From Paecilomyces variotii (lineage: Eukaryota), in NCBI GenBank assembly GCA_004022145.1, contig RCNU01000003.1: a DNA stretch of 64,000 nt; one strand, 5' to 3'. Below, piece after piece: positions 49,060-61,173 of the stretch. The position numbers and the translations under genes are program-made. A model generated the notes under the pieces. The model worked only from the letters and a program-made list of their open reading frames with translations, was not told the origin of the DNA and made no database searches. How positions within the stretch are numbered: position 1 is the stretch's first letter; every line of letters begins with the position of its first letter.

Positions 49060-50079
49060 TTATCGCAGACCGGGCAGCGATTTCTTGGAGTTGTTGAATT
49101 CCCGAACGGTGATCTCGCACTTGACTTCCTGGCAGAGACGTTTCCTGCGGCTGGCGTCCAGCTTCGAGGCAAACTCGAGACCGCTGGCCCGCTCGACGGC
49201 CTCAAGGGGCACCTCGAAGTCGGAGAGGCTCTTGTCGTTGGGGATGCGAGCGTTGGGTAGGACGAACGCGCCCAGAGAGACCTTGCTTGAGGGGCTGTTC
49301 GTGCCGTCCTCCGCGTAGATGACCTTGTAGAAGTGGGTAGGGACTGCGACAGAGGGCGGGTTTCCAATGACCTCGTAGCTGACGCGCCATTTTCCGTCTG
49401 GATCGCGGTGCGGGAGGTACAACGGGCCGGTCACGATGCGGACGGATGGGTACTTCTGGGTCAGGTTGCGGCAGAAATCCTCGAAATGCGACCAGTAGTC
49501 GCGGTTGAAGCCTTCGCCCACCTGCGGACACATGTTGGTCAGGGCGAAGGTGGCATCCATGGCATCCTGCGACCATTTGGCGTCTGCGGCGGGCACCTGG
49601 TGGCCGCGGTCGTAACCGGAGCGGAAGTAGTCGGCCAACTTGGCGCGGAAGATGGTTGGAATGGTGGTATCCTCGACGAAGACGCTGTGTTTGCGATCTG
49701 CGTTCTTCATGGAGAGGGAGTAGGGGGTGATGTGTTCGGCCACCCAGGACGGATTGCGGGTGCGACGGTCGTAGGCACCCGTCAGGGGCAGCGAGTTCAG
49801 AGGATCGTTCACGGGTCCGGGAAAGCCATATTGAAAGAGGCCTGTCGGATCAACAGGAGCAGCCGTCGAGATTTTCTGTGCGAGAGGAGGTGCTGTCGGC
49901 GGCGAGGGGAGCTTGCCAGCAGTTGGCGGAGCAGCCACGGGAGGCTTGGGTGCTTGTTGCTGCTGTTGCTGGAGCTGCTGCTGCTGCGAAGGGGACCTGA
50001 AGGAATAGAGGAGAGCAGTAGCACCAGCACCGGTGGCTGCACCAGCCGCGGCGATGATTGCAAAGGTAGCCTTCGACAT
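49060..50079 (-). CDS. NUC1: Mitochondrial endonuclease G / Nuc1 (339 aa, intronless)
   Basis: ATG 50079 (MSKATFAII..). YGFPGP, YDRRTRNPSWVAEH, active-site DRGHQVPAAD, TNMCPQVGEGFNRDYW, VPTHFYKVI, ERASGLEF. Confidence 0.95.
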   Translation of the reverse strand: MSKATFAIIAAAGAATGAGATALLYSFRSPSQQQQLQQQQQQAPKPPVAAPPTAGKLPSPPTAPPLAQKISTAAPVDPTGLFQYGFPGPVNDPLNSLPLTGAYDRRTRNPSWVAEHITPYSLSMKNADRKHSVFVEDTTIPTIFRAKLADYFRSGYDRGHQVPAADAKWSQDAMDATFALTNMCPQVGEGFNRDYWSHFEDFCRNLTQKYPSVRIVTGPLYLPHRDPDGKWRVSYEVIGNPPSVAVPTHFYKVIYAEDGTNSPSSKVSLGAFVLPNARIPNDKSLSDFEVPLEAVERASGLEFASKLDASRRKRLCQEVKCEITVREFNNSKKSLPGLR

Positions 50080-51082
50080 GGCGGATGCTGTTGTCTGTTG
50101 GTTACCGCGATATGGAAGACAAGACGGCCAACTGAGCGGAGTGGCAGAGAGATGCGAGGAGAGAACGGAGGGCAATTTAATATATTCAATATATTGAATA
50201 AAACAGCACCTAGCCCTGCTGGTCTCAGCTCCGTCCTCCGTTTGCCGTGTGCTGCGACGGAAGACTCTCGTTCGTCCTCGACTTCGTCAGGCGTTGCAGT
50301 CGCGTGAAGTTTTCTTTCCACAAAGAGGAAAATACATCCCCGACGCGCCGTGCAGCCAATCAGAAACCGTAGAGAGAGAGTAGTGGTCGATATGGTCTAA
50401 AAGAGAGCTGGCGGGGGAAGAAATAGATGGGCGATTTATGGTATTCACGATCAATACGATCCAATACACTGGAATCAGTGCACAGAGGATACTACGGATA
50501 CACTCTATATAAAAACATGATCGCCGCTGTTCTGTGCCTTGATCATCATTGCCTCTCTCTCCCTCTCTCTCTCTCCGGACCAACGAGATCATGGACAGTC
50601 TCGCTGACCACAGAGACAAGACCAGCAACGAAGAGGCTTTCAGTCGATACAGAAACCCGAAGCTGAGGTCTCTGGCAGACCTGAAACTGCGGTGACACTC
50701 TGCCGTGCGCCCTGAAGCTATTCCGGTGCTTTGTGATCAGTCTATCCTTTATCCTGCCTGGTTATTTATTATTATTTGCTGCTGCGCTGCTTCTCGCGGA
50801 CCTTGGTGGAAAGCTTCGTCTAGCGCGGCGGATGATCGTCCAACAGGGAGAACTCGAGGTCAATATATATATGTGTTTATATTCATATATTTTATTCATA
50901 CATATACAGACCATCCTTTAGCATTCCTTCCAGCATGCTGTCAGCTCTGTCCTGACCTTTTTTTCTGTTTCCATCCTCCATCTTCCTCCCTTTGTCTTCT
51001 TCGCCCTCGATCAAGCTCCCCAGCGCTCTGACATCACCGCCCTGCTTCCTGCTCTCGAGTCGCAGCGTGAGCACCAGCAGCC

Positions 51083-52753
51083 ATGGCGGCCAGCAATGAC
51101 ACCCGGGGGTGGATTATGAGCGCGGTCTCAGGAGCTGGTAGGTTTCCTTCTTGCTCCTGCTCTGGTCGAGAGTGTCAGCTAACCCCATCCAGCTTGCATC
51201 CTGGGCTCCTCGATCATCTGTGTCGATCTGATCGTACGCAAGTGTTCGAGTCGCAAGGACTTTGATATCACCAGCAACAATGCCTTCCTGGCCGCCTCGA
51301 TGAGCCTCAGTGCTGGTGTGCTGGTATGAGCTCCCCAGGATCGTATCCATCTGTTGGCGCTCCATGCTGACTCCCTGTCTAGCTCATGTCGTCGCTCTAC
51401 AGCATGCTTCCTACATCCAAGAACCACCTTACCCGCGCAGGATTCTCCCCTGCAGCCTCAGCATACATACTGATCGCCTTGTTTCTGGCGGGCGTGATCG
51501 TCATCCGCATCGTCTCTGCCTTCCTTCATCGCCACATCCCCTCCAGCATAGTGGATTGCGAACATACTCACAACCCAGATCCAGAAGCAGGGGACCATCA
51601 AGCGGAGGAGGTTCGCAACGTGAAAACGGACCCAGTACCGACGATAAGTACCTTCGATGGCAGCACAGAGCGCACACCTCTGCTCCAAAGACCCAAGCCA
51701 CAGTCCTCCATTTCGACACCACCAATGATGGAGAGGGGCAGCGAGGATTCGGTAGCGGACAATGAGCTGGGGAAACAATCTCTCCGCCGCCGTTGGCAGC
51801 GACAGCTAGCGCATCTGCTGGGTGGAACGAAGAGATATTGTGACGAAAATGGTCCATGCTATGGAGTCTCTCAGAAATGCGGGTCCGAGTGTACCAAGGT
51901 CATTCGAAGAGTGCCATCGCAGGAGGCGAGTCACTTGCCAGGGTCTCTCCAGGGACATGTCCATGTCCCGGCCGGACAACTGGAGTCAGAAATCACCCCG
52001 GGAACACCACACATGCCGCAGACACTCTGTCATATCCCGGATGGGTCCTTGACCGCGTCCTCGGACATGGACGCAGGTGCCGGTGATGGCGACTGCTTCA
52101 CTACTCGGTCAACGATCCCGTCTGTCAGAAGTGCACGACCGATCTCAACCAGATCAAATAGCAAGCCTGGGCCTGAGGAGCCTGATCTTGTCACACCGCT
52201 TCTGGACCAGCATGGGCATCATCTTCATGCGGGTCAGCATCACCATCATGTCCCGCAGAACGCCTTCCTGTCGATCGGCCTGCAGACGTCACTGGCTATT
52301 GCTTTGCATAAATTGCCCGAGGGCTTTATCACCTACGCAACCAATCATGCCAGTCCCACGTTAGGTCTCACCGTGTTCATCGCACTCTTTATCCATAACA
52401 TCACCGAGGGTTTCGCCATGGCTCTGCCCCTCTACCTAGCCTTGAATTCGCGCTGGAAAGCAATCCTCTGGTCCTGCCTCCTAGGAGGCGTCAGTCAGCC
52501 CGCAGGCGCTGGGCTCGCCGCGCTGTGGATCTGGGGTTACCGCAAAGCTGGTGGAGGCGGCGACGGAACCGCGTCCGGTACATCCTGGGGAGTCTACGGC
52601 GGCATGTTTGCCGCGACAGCTGGTGTCATGACTTCAGTCGGATTACAGCTCTTCAGCGAGGGTCTGGGACTGACCCATAACCGAAATATGTGTATTGGCT
52701 TCGCAATCGCAGGCATGGGCGTTTTGGGTGTCAGCTTTGCCTTGACGGCGTAA
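51083..52753 (+). CDS. ZIP-family zinc transporter (Zrt3/Zip2-like, ~518 aa)
   Basis: Exons 51083-51137, 51193-51323 and 51383-52753. SLSAGVL, His-rich loop HGHHLHAGQHHHH, ZIP signatures AIALHKLPEG and FIHNITEGFA. Confidence 0.92.
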
Positions 52754-53390
52754 AGAATCCGGACATAAGCACAATTACCACTTAAACATATCAGGAATCA
52801 GGACGGGACGGTCTGGGCCGGCGTTCTACATGAGGAATGGCATGGATGAACTTATGATTTGCGTCCCTTTTTTTTTCTACGACTTTTTCTGTTGCCTTTC
52901 TGCACCTCTTATCGTTTAGATGCAGTATATGGTTACCGGCGTTGTTTTTGTCTGCATGTTCGTTTACAGCTCCCGTTGGCTCTCTGCTTGAGTTAAATTG
53001 CATGGTCATCAAGTGTTCAGGTAATATCAAATTGCGTACAGATTGTAGATTGGGAGAGACGTCAAGATTGACATTCGATTCTCGAACACACTTGTCGTCT
53101 CGTATCACAGGAATGAAAAATCATCATAACATGAACAAGTATAACTAATTGTCATCGTCGTGACTAATAGACATCTTTCATTTTGCTCTGTACATGTATG
53201 TAATTGTAAACCATCCTCGACACTAACTTATATACGTATACGCTGATAGATAGTCAGAGAATCGTTAGACCGATTAGAAAAACCTACGCCTTCCAACTCC
53301 AATGCCCCTCTCCAGGGAGGCGCTTATGCAATAATACAAACATATGAATGAACATCATCATAATCCGTCCAGGGACGGACATCAGCAATT

Positions 53391-54797
53391 CTAGCTTTGG
53401 TTCTCCTTCTCCTTCTTTGCGGCTTCTTCTCTTTCCCGCTTCCGTGCCAGGTATCGCTCCTTCGCACTTGAAACGTCCTTCTCCGTCTTACGACTGCGGG
53501 TGCGCTCTGCGATTTCGCGCTGTCGTGCCTCTTCGGCCTCTGCCTCTTTCCGCGCGCGCTCTTCCAGCTGTGCGGCGACCATTTCGGTCTGGCGTGCGCG
53601 CTGGGCGTTGCGGGCAGTGTAGGCTTCGGAGACGGGGCGTTGGCCGGGACGGGCACGAGAGGCGTCCGCGGCGGCCTGCGCAGCGGTCGAGGAAGAAGGA
53701 GGCGGCTTCGGTTTGGGAGCGACGTTGAGACCGGCTGTGAGGAGTTGGCGCTTGTCGACGACTTGGCCTTCGTCGTTGACGATGATGTGAGCGCCCTTCG
53801 CGTTGAGTTCGGCAGCCAGTTGGGCTTCTGATTTCTCCTGCGTGGCGTCTGTGGTGATATCGTCTTCCGTTATTTCGCCAGCCTTGACGCGCTGGGCCGC
53901 TTCTTCTGCTGCTTTCACAGCTTCGCTGTGTCGTTCCTCGCCGCGAGCCAACACGTCGCGATAGAAACTGACCATGCCCGAACCGCCTTCCCGCTTGCGC
54001 CGCTCCTCTTCCTCCTTCTCGCGCCGGGCTTCCTCCTCCTCCAGTCGACGGATCTCTTCTTGCTGCGCCTTGTATGCTGCCGTGACGAACTTCTCCTTGT
54101 CGGCGAATTCGTCGCCTTCGGCTTCGCGCTCCTTGGCCAGCATTCGGTCCCGCGCTCGCATCTGGTCCCGTTTACGGACCTCCGCGCTCCGCATCAGGGA
54201 GGTCATGTACTTTGGTCCCGAACTCTGAGCATCACTGGTAGTCTTCTCTGGCTTCTTGTGAATACTATCGTAGATGGCATCGTACGAGTAGATGGACGGA
54301 TCCAGGTCCTGCGCCGTCTGCGCATGCTTGCGCGTACTGTGCAAAGCGGCCAAATTGGTGTAATCCTTAGCTGTGCCAGTCGCGCGTACTTTCGATTTTT
54401 TATTATTTCCATTACCAGCCACACCTTCTCCATCTTCGTCATCATCGTCGTCGTCGTCAGCGAAAAGGGAGTTCTTGAGGGGTTTTAGTGTCGGTTTCCC
54501 ACTCTCCGGTTTGCGCTTCGACGGAGGAGGAAGTCCACTGGAGAGAGATTTCTTCGTTTCACTCCGACTTGGCGCTTTGAGAGCTGATGGCTCGTCACCA
54601 AGGGTAGTTATCTCGATTTCCCCGGAGATATCCTCGCCGCCACCTCCTGTCGCGTTCGCTTCGTCTTCTGAATCGTCATCGAAAATCGTCTTCTTGCGCT
54701 TTTGGCCGGCTGCCAGATTTGGCTTTCCCAGTGAAGGCGCCTTGTTCTTGTTTTTGTTCGGGAGGTTGAGTCCGTAGGAGAGAGTTGGAGGGGGCAT
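53391..54797 (-). CDS. Nuclear speckle splicing regulatory protein 1 / CCDC55-like coiled-coil protein (468 aa)
   Basis: Intronless ORF with DPSIYSYDAIYD, PKYMTSLM, EREAEGDEFADKEKFVTAAYK and SAKERYLARK. Confidence 0.85.
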   Translation of the reverse strand: MPPPTLSYGLNLPNKNKNKAPSLGKPNLAAGQKRKKTIFDDDSEDEANATGGGGEDISGEIEITTLGDEPSALKAPSRSETKKSLSSGLPPPSKRKPESGKPTLKPLKNSLFADDDDDDDEDGEGVAGNGNNKKSKVRATGTAKDYTNLAALHSTRKHAQTAQDLDPSIYSYDAIYDSIHKKPEKTTSDAQSSGPKYMTSLMRSAEVRKRDQMRARDRMLAKEREAEGDEFADKEKFVTAAYKAQQEEIRRLEEEEARREKEEEERRKREGGSGMVSFYRDVLARGEERHSEAVKAAEEAAQRVKAGEITEDDITTDATQEKSEAQLAAELNAKGAHIIVNDEGQVVDKRQLLTAGLNVAPKPKPPPSSSTAAQAAADASRARPGQRPVSEAYTARNAQRARQTEMVAAQLEERARKEAEAEEARQREIAERTRSRKTEKDVSSAKERYLARKREREEAAKKEKENQS

Positions 54798-55967
54798 GAT
54801 TCATTTATCGGACAAGAAAGAGGTTAGCTCGCGCGAGAGCTACCTCGGAGTTTGAGTAAAGATGGGTGTGGGATGGCGGATTGGATAATTATGCAAATTG
54901 GTAAATTGATCGCTTGTTCTCATATATGGCTCTTTTCAATGTGGTGAAAATCTTGGTAGAAGAGATGATTGTGATTGTAGTTGTTGTATAGTTAAGTATG
55001 GTATAGATAAATTGTTCAGTTCGAAGCTCCGCAATGGCGTAGCGGAACCACTGCGGTACTGTCACGTGATTATGATTATGTGCCTTGTTGCCTTACGGAT
55101 CTTTTTTATCAGATAATCACCATCACCATTAGTTACCATCAGAGCTGATCAACAGTCGGTTCTCTTAGATAGGAGGGATCTGGAGTTTATCGAGCAGCAG
55201 CTGTTCCCTTCTCTAGAAACAATATACTATTTGCTTCTGCGCTCACTCAGGGTAGAAAGTAGTAGAAAGGACCAAGATTGCATATTCCAAAATAAGCGCC
55301 GAGATCCAACCCCCAACCAATCAACACACCAGAATCGACTCTTCAGAACGCTGCATGATGCAGGTCTAATCACACGCGCGGTGTGACTGGTTAGAGATTC
55401 TTTTAAAAATAGACCTCGTTGATTTCAAAGTCACCCAGTCAAATGAGCCCTTCGACAGGGGAAGATAAGTGTCTTTTTTATGCGAGAGGGGTCGGCGTCT
55501 CGTGAGTGGCTGCGTTGTGTCGTACCTGGTACTATTCTTAACTTGTGAGGGGTCGAGGTAGTTTAAACTGGTTTAATGTGTTTGATCTTTGGGTCAGTTG
55601 CTATCATTAGAATCATTGAGTTATGGGAATGTCTTTTTGCGGGGATGCTACTTGGGTTAAGTATGCGGTGGGGAGGGAGATATTTAATTTAGATCTGCTC
55701 TGCTTGCTCCTTTACGATAGAGTTGATCAGGTACTTATATCTTCAGACCAGTTTGGTTGAAAATTTGGGTTTCGTTTTATTGACTCGAGATATTTGTGTT
55801 CGTGGGTGAGGTCCTACGTTTCGATATACCACGCTTGAAAGATACGGACTACTCCCATTTCCTCTGTTGCTGAATTTGTTTTTGGGTCATCCTCGTATCT
55901 TGGATCTGGAATTTCTACTTTCATTATTTCTACATTGATAACGCTCCTTATTGGATTGCTACTCATC

Positions 55968-56927
55968 ATGGGAATACTACGTCTCCCTCGTCCAGCCGGT
56001 ATCTACATCCCCAGTACCACACGGACAGTGACAACAGATATGATCTCGCCGCCCATGTCGCCCGATGCGGACTTCGATTTCGAGACCCTTGTCCCATCAG
56101 CCCGGTCGGCTCTCCAATACATCTCCAGAAAACTGCAGCAGAAAGCGATGCACCTCACTATGCTAGTCGGATGGGAGAAGCCATTCCCCACTGGTCAGAG
56201 TTCAGATCTGACTGTCATCCCCGTCACGGCGTTGGATCGGGAGTCGCGCAAGACACTAGAGCGGATTATCGAGAAAGCATCGAGGAAGTTCTCGCTTGGG
56301 CAGAGCTGGGTAGATGCTCTAGCAGCGGGCCAGCTGCAGCGGCATAGCAATGAGTATATCATCGAGCAATCCCTCAGGCAGAATGAGATTCTGTTCAGTG
56401 AGGAAGGGCTTACGTTGCTCAGTATCGATCGGGTCTATATGCTCAAACGTCGTCTCTGCATGCTGTCTCACGGAACGACTCGCATCCCAGAAGAAACATA
56501 CATCAGTTCCTGTGTCCACCTGCTCAGGCAGACGATCAAACATTTACAGGGCCGGCCGTTCAGCAAGGCCTTTTTCCATCGTGTCTATGACCACTTGGAT
56601 GTTTCGGACCAGGTTCTGGTGAAGGTGGCGGATGCTTACAGAACTAAATACCGCCAGGATGGCATCGTCTTTCAGCGCGTGCATCAGAAGCAAGAATGTC
56701 AGCGACGCTCCCCGTTTCGAGGCCCTCGGGTTGGTCGAAGACAACAGCAGCCGATACCACCACGCAGTGGTACGCCCCTGCGACGAGGCCCGACGACACC
56801 AGTGTCTGCGTCGGATGTTACGCCTATAACGCGGAATGAATGGAATATCCTCATCGGGCCGGAGTTTCATCAGAACGAGCGGACGGTGACTATGTGGATT
56901 CCGTCGCCGGAGATGGCTGTTCGATGA
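55968..56927 (+). CDS. Conserved fungal hypothetical protein (319 aa)
   Basis: ATG 55968 within ORF 55935..56927. Coding-like composition with ALQYISRKL, SLRQNEILFSEEGLTLLSIDRVY and TPVSASDVTPITRNEW. Function not recognised. Confidence 0.75.
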   Translation: MGILRLPRPAGIYIPSTTRTVTTDMISPPMSPDADFDFETLVPSARSALQYISRKLQQKAMHLTMLVGWEKPFPTGQSSDLTVIPVTALDRESRKTLERIIEKASRKFSLGQSWVDALAAGQLQRHSNEYIIEQSLRQNEILFSEEGLTLLSIDRVYMLKRRLCMLSHGTTRIPEETYISSCVHLLRQTIKHLQGRPFSKAFFHRVYDHLDVSDQVLVKVADAYRTKYRQDGIVFQRVHQKQECQRRSPFRGPRVGRRQQQPIPPRSGTPLRRGPTTPVSASDVTPITRNEWNILIGPEFHQNERTVTMWIPSPEMAVR

Positions 56928-57505
56928 AACCAGTGCTAGAACCACCATTTCCGATCTATATATCAGGGAAAAGAATTTTATTCCATCGCATGGCGTCTTC
57001 GCAAATCGAGGGGATTGTGACTCACTGTAATATCTACAGTTCGTGAAGTTGTCTAACCGACTCATCTGTAGAGTGACTCGGGACGTGAGATGACAAGGTT
57101 GGCTTTATACAACGGAGCCGGACCAGTAAGCAGCTGGTATTTTATCTTTGTTCCATTCATGTCGTCAAGTCGCCTGCTAACGAATTGGGGAATGCAGGAT
57201 CCCTCAGGACTAGCTACCGCTGAGGACCTATGTCCGAGGTCATCAAGTATTGCAGCCCCGGAATTCTCAGCCTGTTACAGGCGTCTTGGAGAGGAGTTGA
57301 TCCGATTTGAGTGTATACAGGAGGATTGTGAATCTGCAAGTCAGCTCTGTAGCACTACCTGGTTGATCAGTGCCTGTCTCATACAATAATGGCTTGCAAG
57401 CACACCACGTCGGGGCTCAATCGGAGAGAATGGACAGTTGATCATGTAAACAACAAAAGACCTGCAGGACGTTAGTCATTTTGAGCAAGTTCTTTCGGCC
57501 GTTCC

Positions 57506-57980
57506 CGATAATCAGCCCGGGAGATAAGAGCGCAATGCCCACAAGTGGACGCGCCGGCGGTCTTGGTATACGGATCACCGCGCAAATGAAGATGAAGCAT
57601 TCCCAACAATGAACCCGTTGGTCGTGGCGCCGCACAACTTAAAAATATCGCGATCCAATGGCCAAATTATATTTCGCATTTCTTCCTCTCAGATCTATCG
57701 GAGCTCGCCATGGCCGGGCTAGATCGGGGGGGCATGGGAGGAGAAATAACACCCCGCTATGAGAAGCCAAGAGGGAGGAAGAAAATAGCACCACCAGCGG
57801 CGGGGAAAGGATTGTTGGTTAGGGCTTTTTATCTTTTTTCTCTTTCTCGATAGCATCGAATAATAATAATAAGATAATAATAATAAATTTCGAGAGAATC
57901 AATTCACCCTTTGAGCATTTAAACATGGCAAAGCCGGCTGAATAATAATAGTGATTGTTCCTTGATTTCTTCTTATCTCT
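57506..57980 (+). promoter_or_regulatory. Cluster of HGATAR (GATA-factor/AreA-type) sites upstream of the nickel permease
   Basis: CGATAA 57506, AGATAA 57522, CTATCG ~57694, TTATCT 57829, CGATAG 57848, AGATAA 57872, TTATCT ~57972. Confidence 0.4.
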
Positions 57981-58217
57981 TTCTCTCTCTCCCCCGCTCT
58001 CCGCATTCTATTATTCGTTTTCGTCACCGACACTCATTGCTCTTTTGGGATCTCCTCTCCCCGCAAGATCTTTTACCTCCATATTTCACATATTATCACC
58101 ATCTATCTTCATTTTGGTGCAGAGGGCGGAGGAAAAGACCGGATACTTGCAAGGAAGATTCTACCTGACTGATTCGATAATCGAAGATAGCATAAGGGCC
58201 GTGGAGAGAGACCTATA

Positions 58218-60266
58218 ATGTCCCGTCCACTTTCCCCCTCGGCCTCTCTTCCTCCAGATGACCCAATTCCGTCATATGGAGCGACAGGATATGAGGAGAG
58301 ATCTATGAAGAAGTCCCTGCTGGGACGGGTGGAACGATCGCATCGCAGTTGGCCGGGGATCAGAAAGATCCCGCTTCCTGCCATTGGGATCATAGCTCTC
58401 ATCGCGATAGTCAATGTTGTCGTGTGGATTGCTGCAGCCATTGTCTTGGTACGTCAGTTCTCTTGTTTATTGTTCAGTTCATGAAGTGCATTGTCCCGTT
58501 ATGTGTTATGATTTGACGATGTAGATATTTTATTTGGGATTATTTTTGGCTTATCTTACACTGTCATCCACCATTCACCATTTCTGATTATTTAATTTGT
58601 GATATGTTTTGTAGTACTGTTTCTTAATCACTGACAGATTATAACTAGCATTACTACACGTAAGTGCTACAATTTCGCAACAGACATGCATGTATGCATT
58701 TTTGGCCGGGAAAAGCTGAAGCCCGAACGGCTCTATCAGAAGCGACCAAAATTATTTGTTGGTGTGAACAAAGTTAATCTTTCTTCGTCTATAGTTCCTT
58801 GGTCTCTACTGCTGCCATCTCATACTCCCTTGGTCTGAGACACGCCCTCGATGCGGACCATATCTCGGTAAGAACCACCAGGATATGACTAATTCCGTGA
58901 TATATGCCTGACTTCATCTATCTGATCGATAGGCGATTGATTTGATGACGAGAAGGCTGCTCGCCACTGGACAGATGCCCGTCACCGTTGGGACTTTCTT
59001 TTCGTTGGGCCATTCCACGTAAGTATCGACATTTGCCGTGCTGCTCACTTCCCCGTATTGATAATCGATATCAGCATTGTCATTATCACCTCTATTGTCG
59101 TGGCAGCCACTGCTGCTGCAGTATCCTCGCGGTTCGACAGTTTCAGCACCATCGGCGGTATCATCGGCAGCTCCGTCAGCGCCGCCTTTCTCATCCTGCT
59201 GGGTATCATGAATGCGTACATCCTCTACAAGCTGTTTAAACAGATGCAAAAGGTTCTGAATCTGGGAGAAGGAGAGGAAGACGAGGCATGGAAGATTGAG
59301 GGAGGCGGGATCCTTTTTTCTTTGCTAAAGAAGATGTTCCGGCTGATTGATCGGTAAGTTTCTCTGTCCCTTCAAAGAGAAGTGTTTACATGTGCTGAAT
59401 AGAGTTTAGGCCCTGGAAAATGTATCCGTTGGGCGTGCTCTTCGGTCTCGGATTCGATACATCTTCGGAAATTGCACTGCTTGGAATCTCTTCCATTCAG
59501 GCAGCAAAGGGTACCGATTTCTGGGTGATCTTGATCTTCCCTATTCTCTTCACTGGTAGGGAACCCTTCAAGCTCGTTAATTATGATCATTGTAGGCTCC
59601 TTGCATTTCGATACTGAAAATCTTATAGCGGGCATGTGCCTCATCGACACCATGGACGGTGCTCTCATGCTGTCTCTATACGTCCAGCCTGCCGCAAACT
59701 TCCTTCCTAAAGCACGGAGATCCGACTCTGTAGGATCGTCCGACGTTATCGACGTTCATACAGAGGGGCCAAATCATTCCGCCAATCCTCGCGATCCAGT
59801 GGCTTTTCTATATTACTCCATTGTCCTCACTACCCTTACCGTTATCGTCGCCATTGTTATTGGTGTTATACAGCTGCTCACCATGATTCAAAACGTGGCG
59901 GAGCCGAAAGGTAAGTTTTGGGACGGTGTCGAGACGGCAGGAGACTATTACGATGTGATTGGCGGTTCTATCTGCGGATTGTTCCTTATATGTGGCCTAC
60001 TGAGCGTGGCCCTCTACAAACCGTGGAGAAGATGGTTTGGCAAGCGACATGGCCAAGCTGACATTGTGGACGAAGAGGGGTCATTGGATGGCGATGCGGG
60101 TGGTATCAGTAGGGTCGGTGGAGAGATCTCTACTACAACTACAGCCGGGGGGAATCTGCAGGAAGGTTCGGCAGCTGCAGATGCTGTTGGGAAGGGATCT
60201 GCAACGCAAGTCTCTGTGAAAGCTGCCAAGGGCGACCAGAGTGATCCGTTGATACCTGAAGTGTAA
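58218..60266 (+). CDS. nic1: High-affinity nickel/cobalt permease, NiCoT family (~487 aa)
   Basis: Seven exons join in frame: 58218-58448, 58649-58659, 58795-58867, 58933-59018, 59075-59353, 59410-59555 and 59629-60266. Signatures [52 protein letters not shown]. Confidence 0.95.
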
Positions 60267-61173
60267 GTAGTTCGAATCTATTAATCGAAAAGCAGCTCGT
60301 ACTGTCTCTTCTCTCGCTGAAGGGAACACTTTCATCCGAGCTTTGCGAACAGGCCCCAGTCTAACAGAGACTGATCAACCCATATACATCCGTCAACACA
60401 TGAAAAGAAGACTCTTAGATCTATTAGTGATACACAGAACATCGATAGTAGGTACTTTCTGCTGCATACTTAAGTAGTAACATGGACTAGAGAGCCGCCG
60501 AGACCATATTGGTCATCTGGCAGCACCGGCTCCATTCAAAACAGCATGCAGTACAACCGTTTGAGGAAGTTTCACTCGCCAAGTGCTGAATACTACTACT
60601 AGTCTACAAGATTCGCCATCAGGATGCAAGCGGCTCGGTATTTCGAGCCGAACACGAGGAATAGCCAGCACTCGACGATGACGTTGGCTTCCCGAGCGAA
60701 CAAAAAAAAACCACTTCGGAGCGGTTGCGAGAAGTGTACACTGTATTACTTACTCTAACTAATATCCCTGGAGATGCAAATGCACAATCTCCATTCACAA
60801 AATTACTCCACCCTTGCTTGTTTTCCTGCTTCCATATTAATATATCCTTGCTCCGTTGTGTAATATTTCCAGCATGGAAATCCTGTCTAGTTATCCGCTC
60901 GTTGCTCTCTGTGCGCGCAATCCAAGCAGACTCGGCCTCATGAGATAATACACCGGTCTTGCTGAAATAATCTGTATATCGTTTTATTCACCAATGGGCT
61001 TTTGTTTCTTATACTGGGATGCATCTATGTCTCGAGCAAAGTTGCCTTTATAAACCCCCCGTGCATGGTCGATTCACTGCCACCTCGTTTAATCCCTTGC
61101 ATAATACATCCATCCATCCAGTATTATTCCAAACCTATATGTATGCGCATGCTTGTATCTTCTTCCTCCTACA

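Noticed and set aside
49333..50307. 324-aa + strand ORF fully antisense to NUC1
   Set aside because: Non-ATG start, no motifs, and explained by codon bias of the sense gene.
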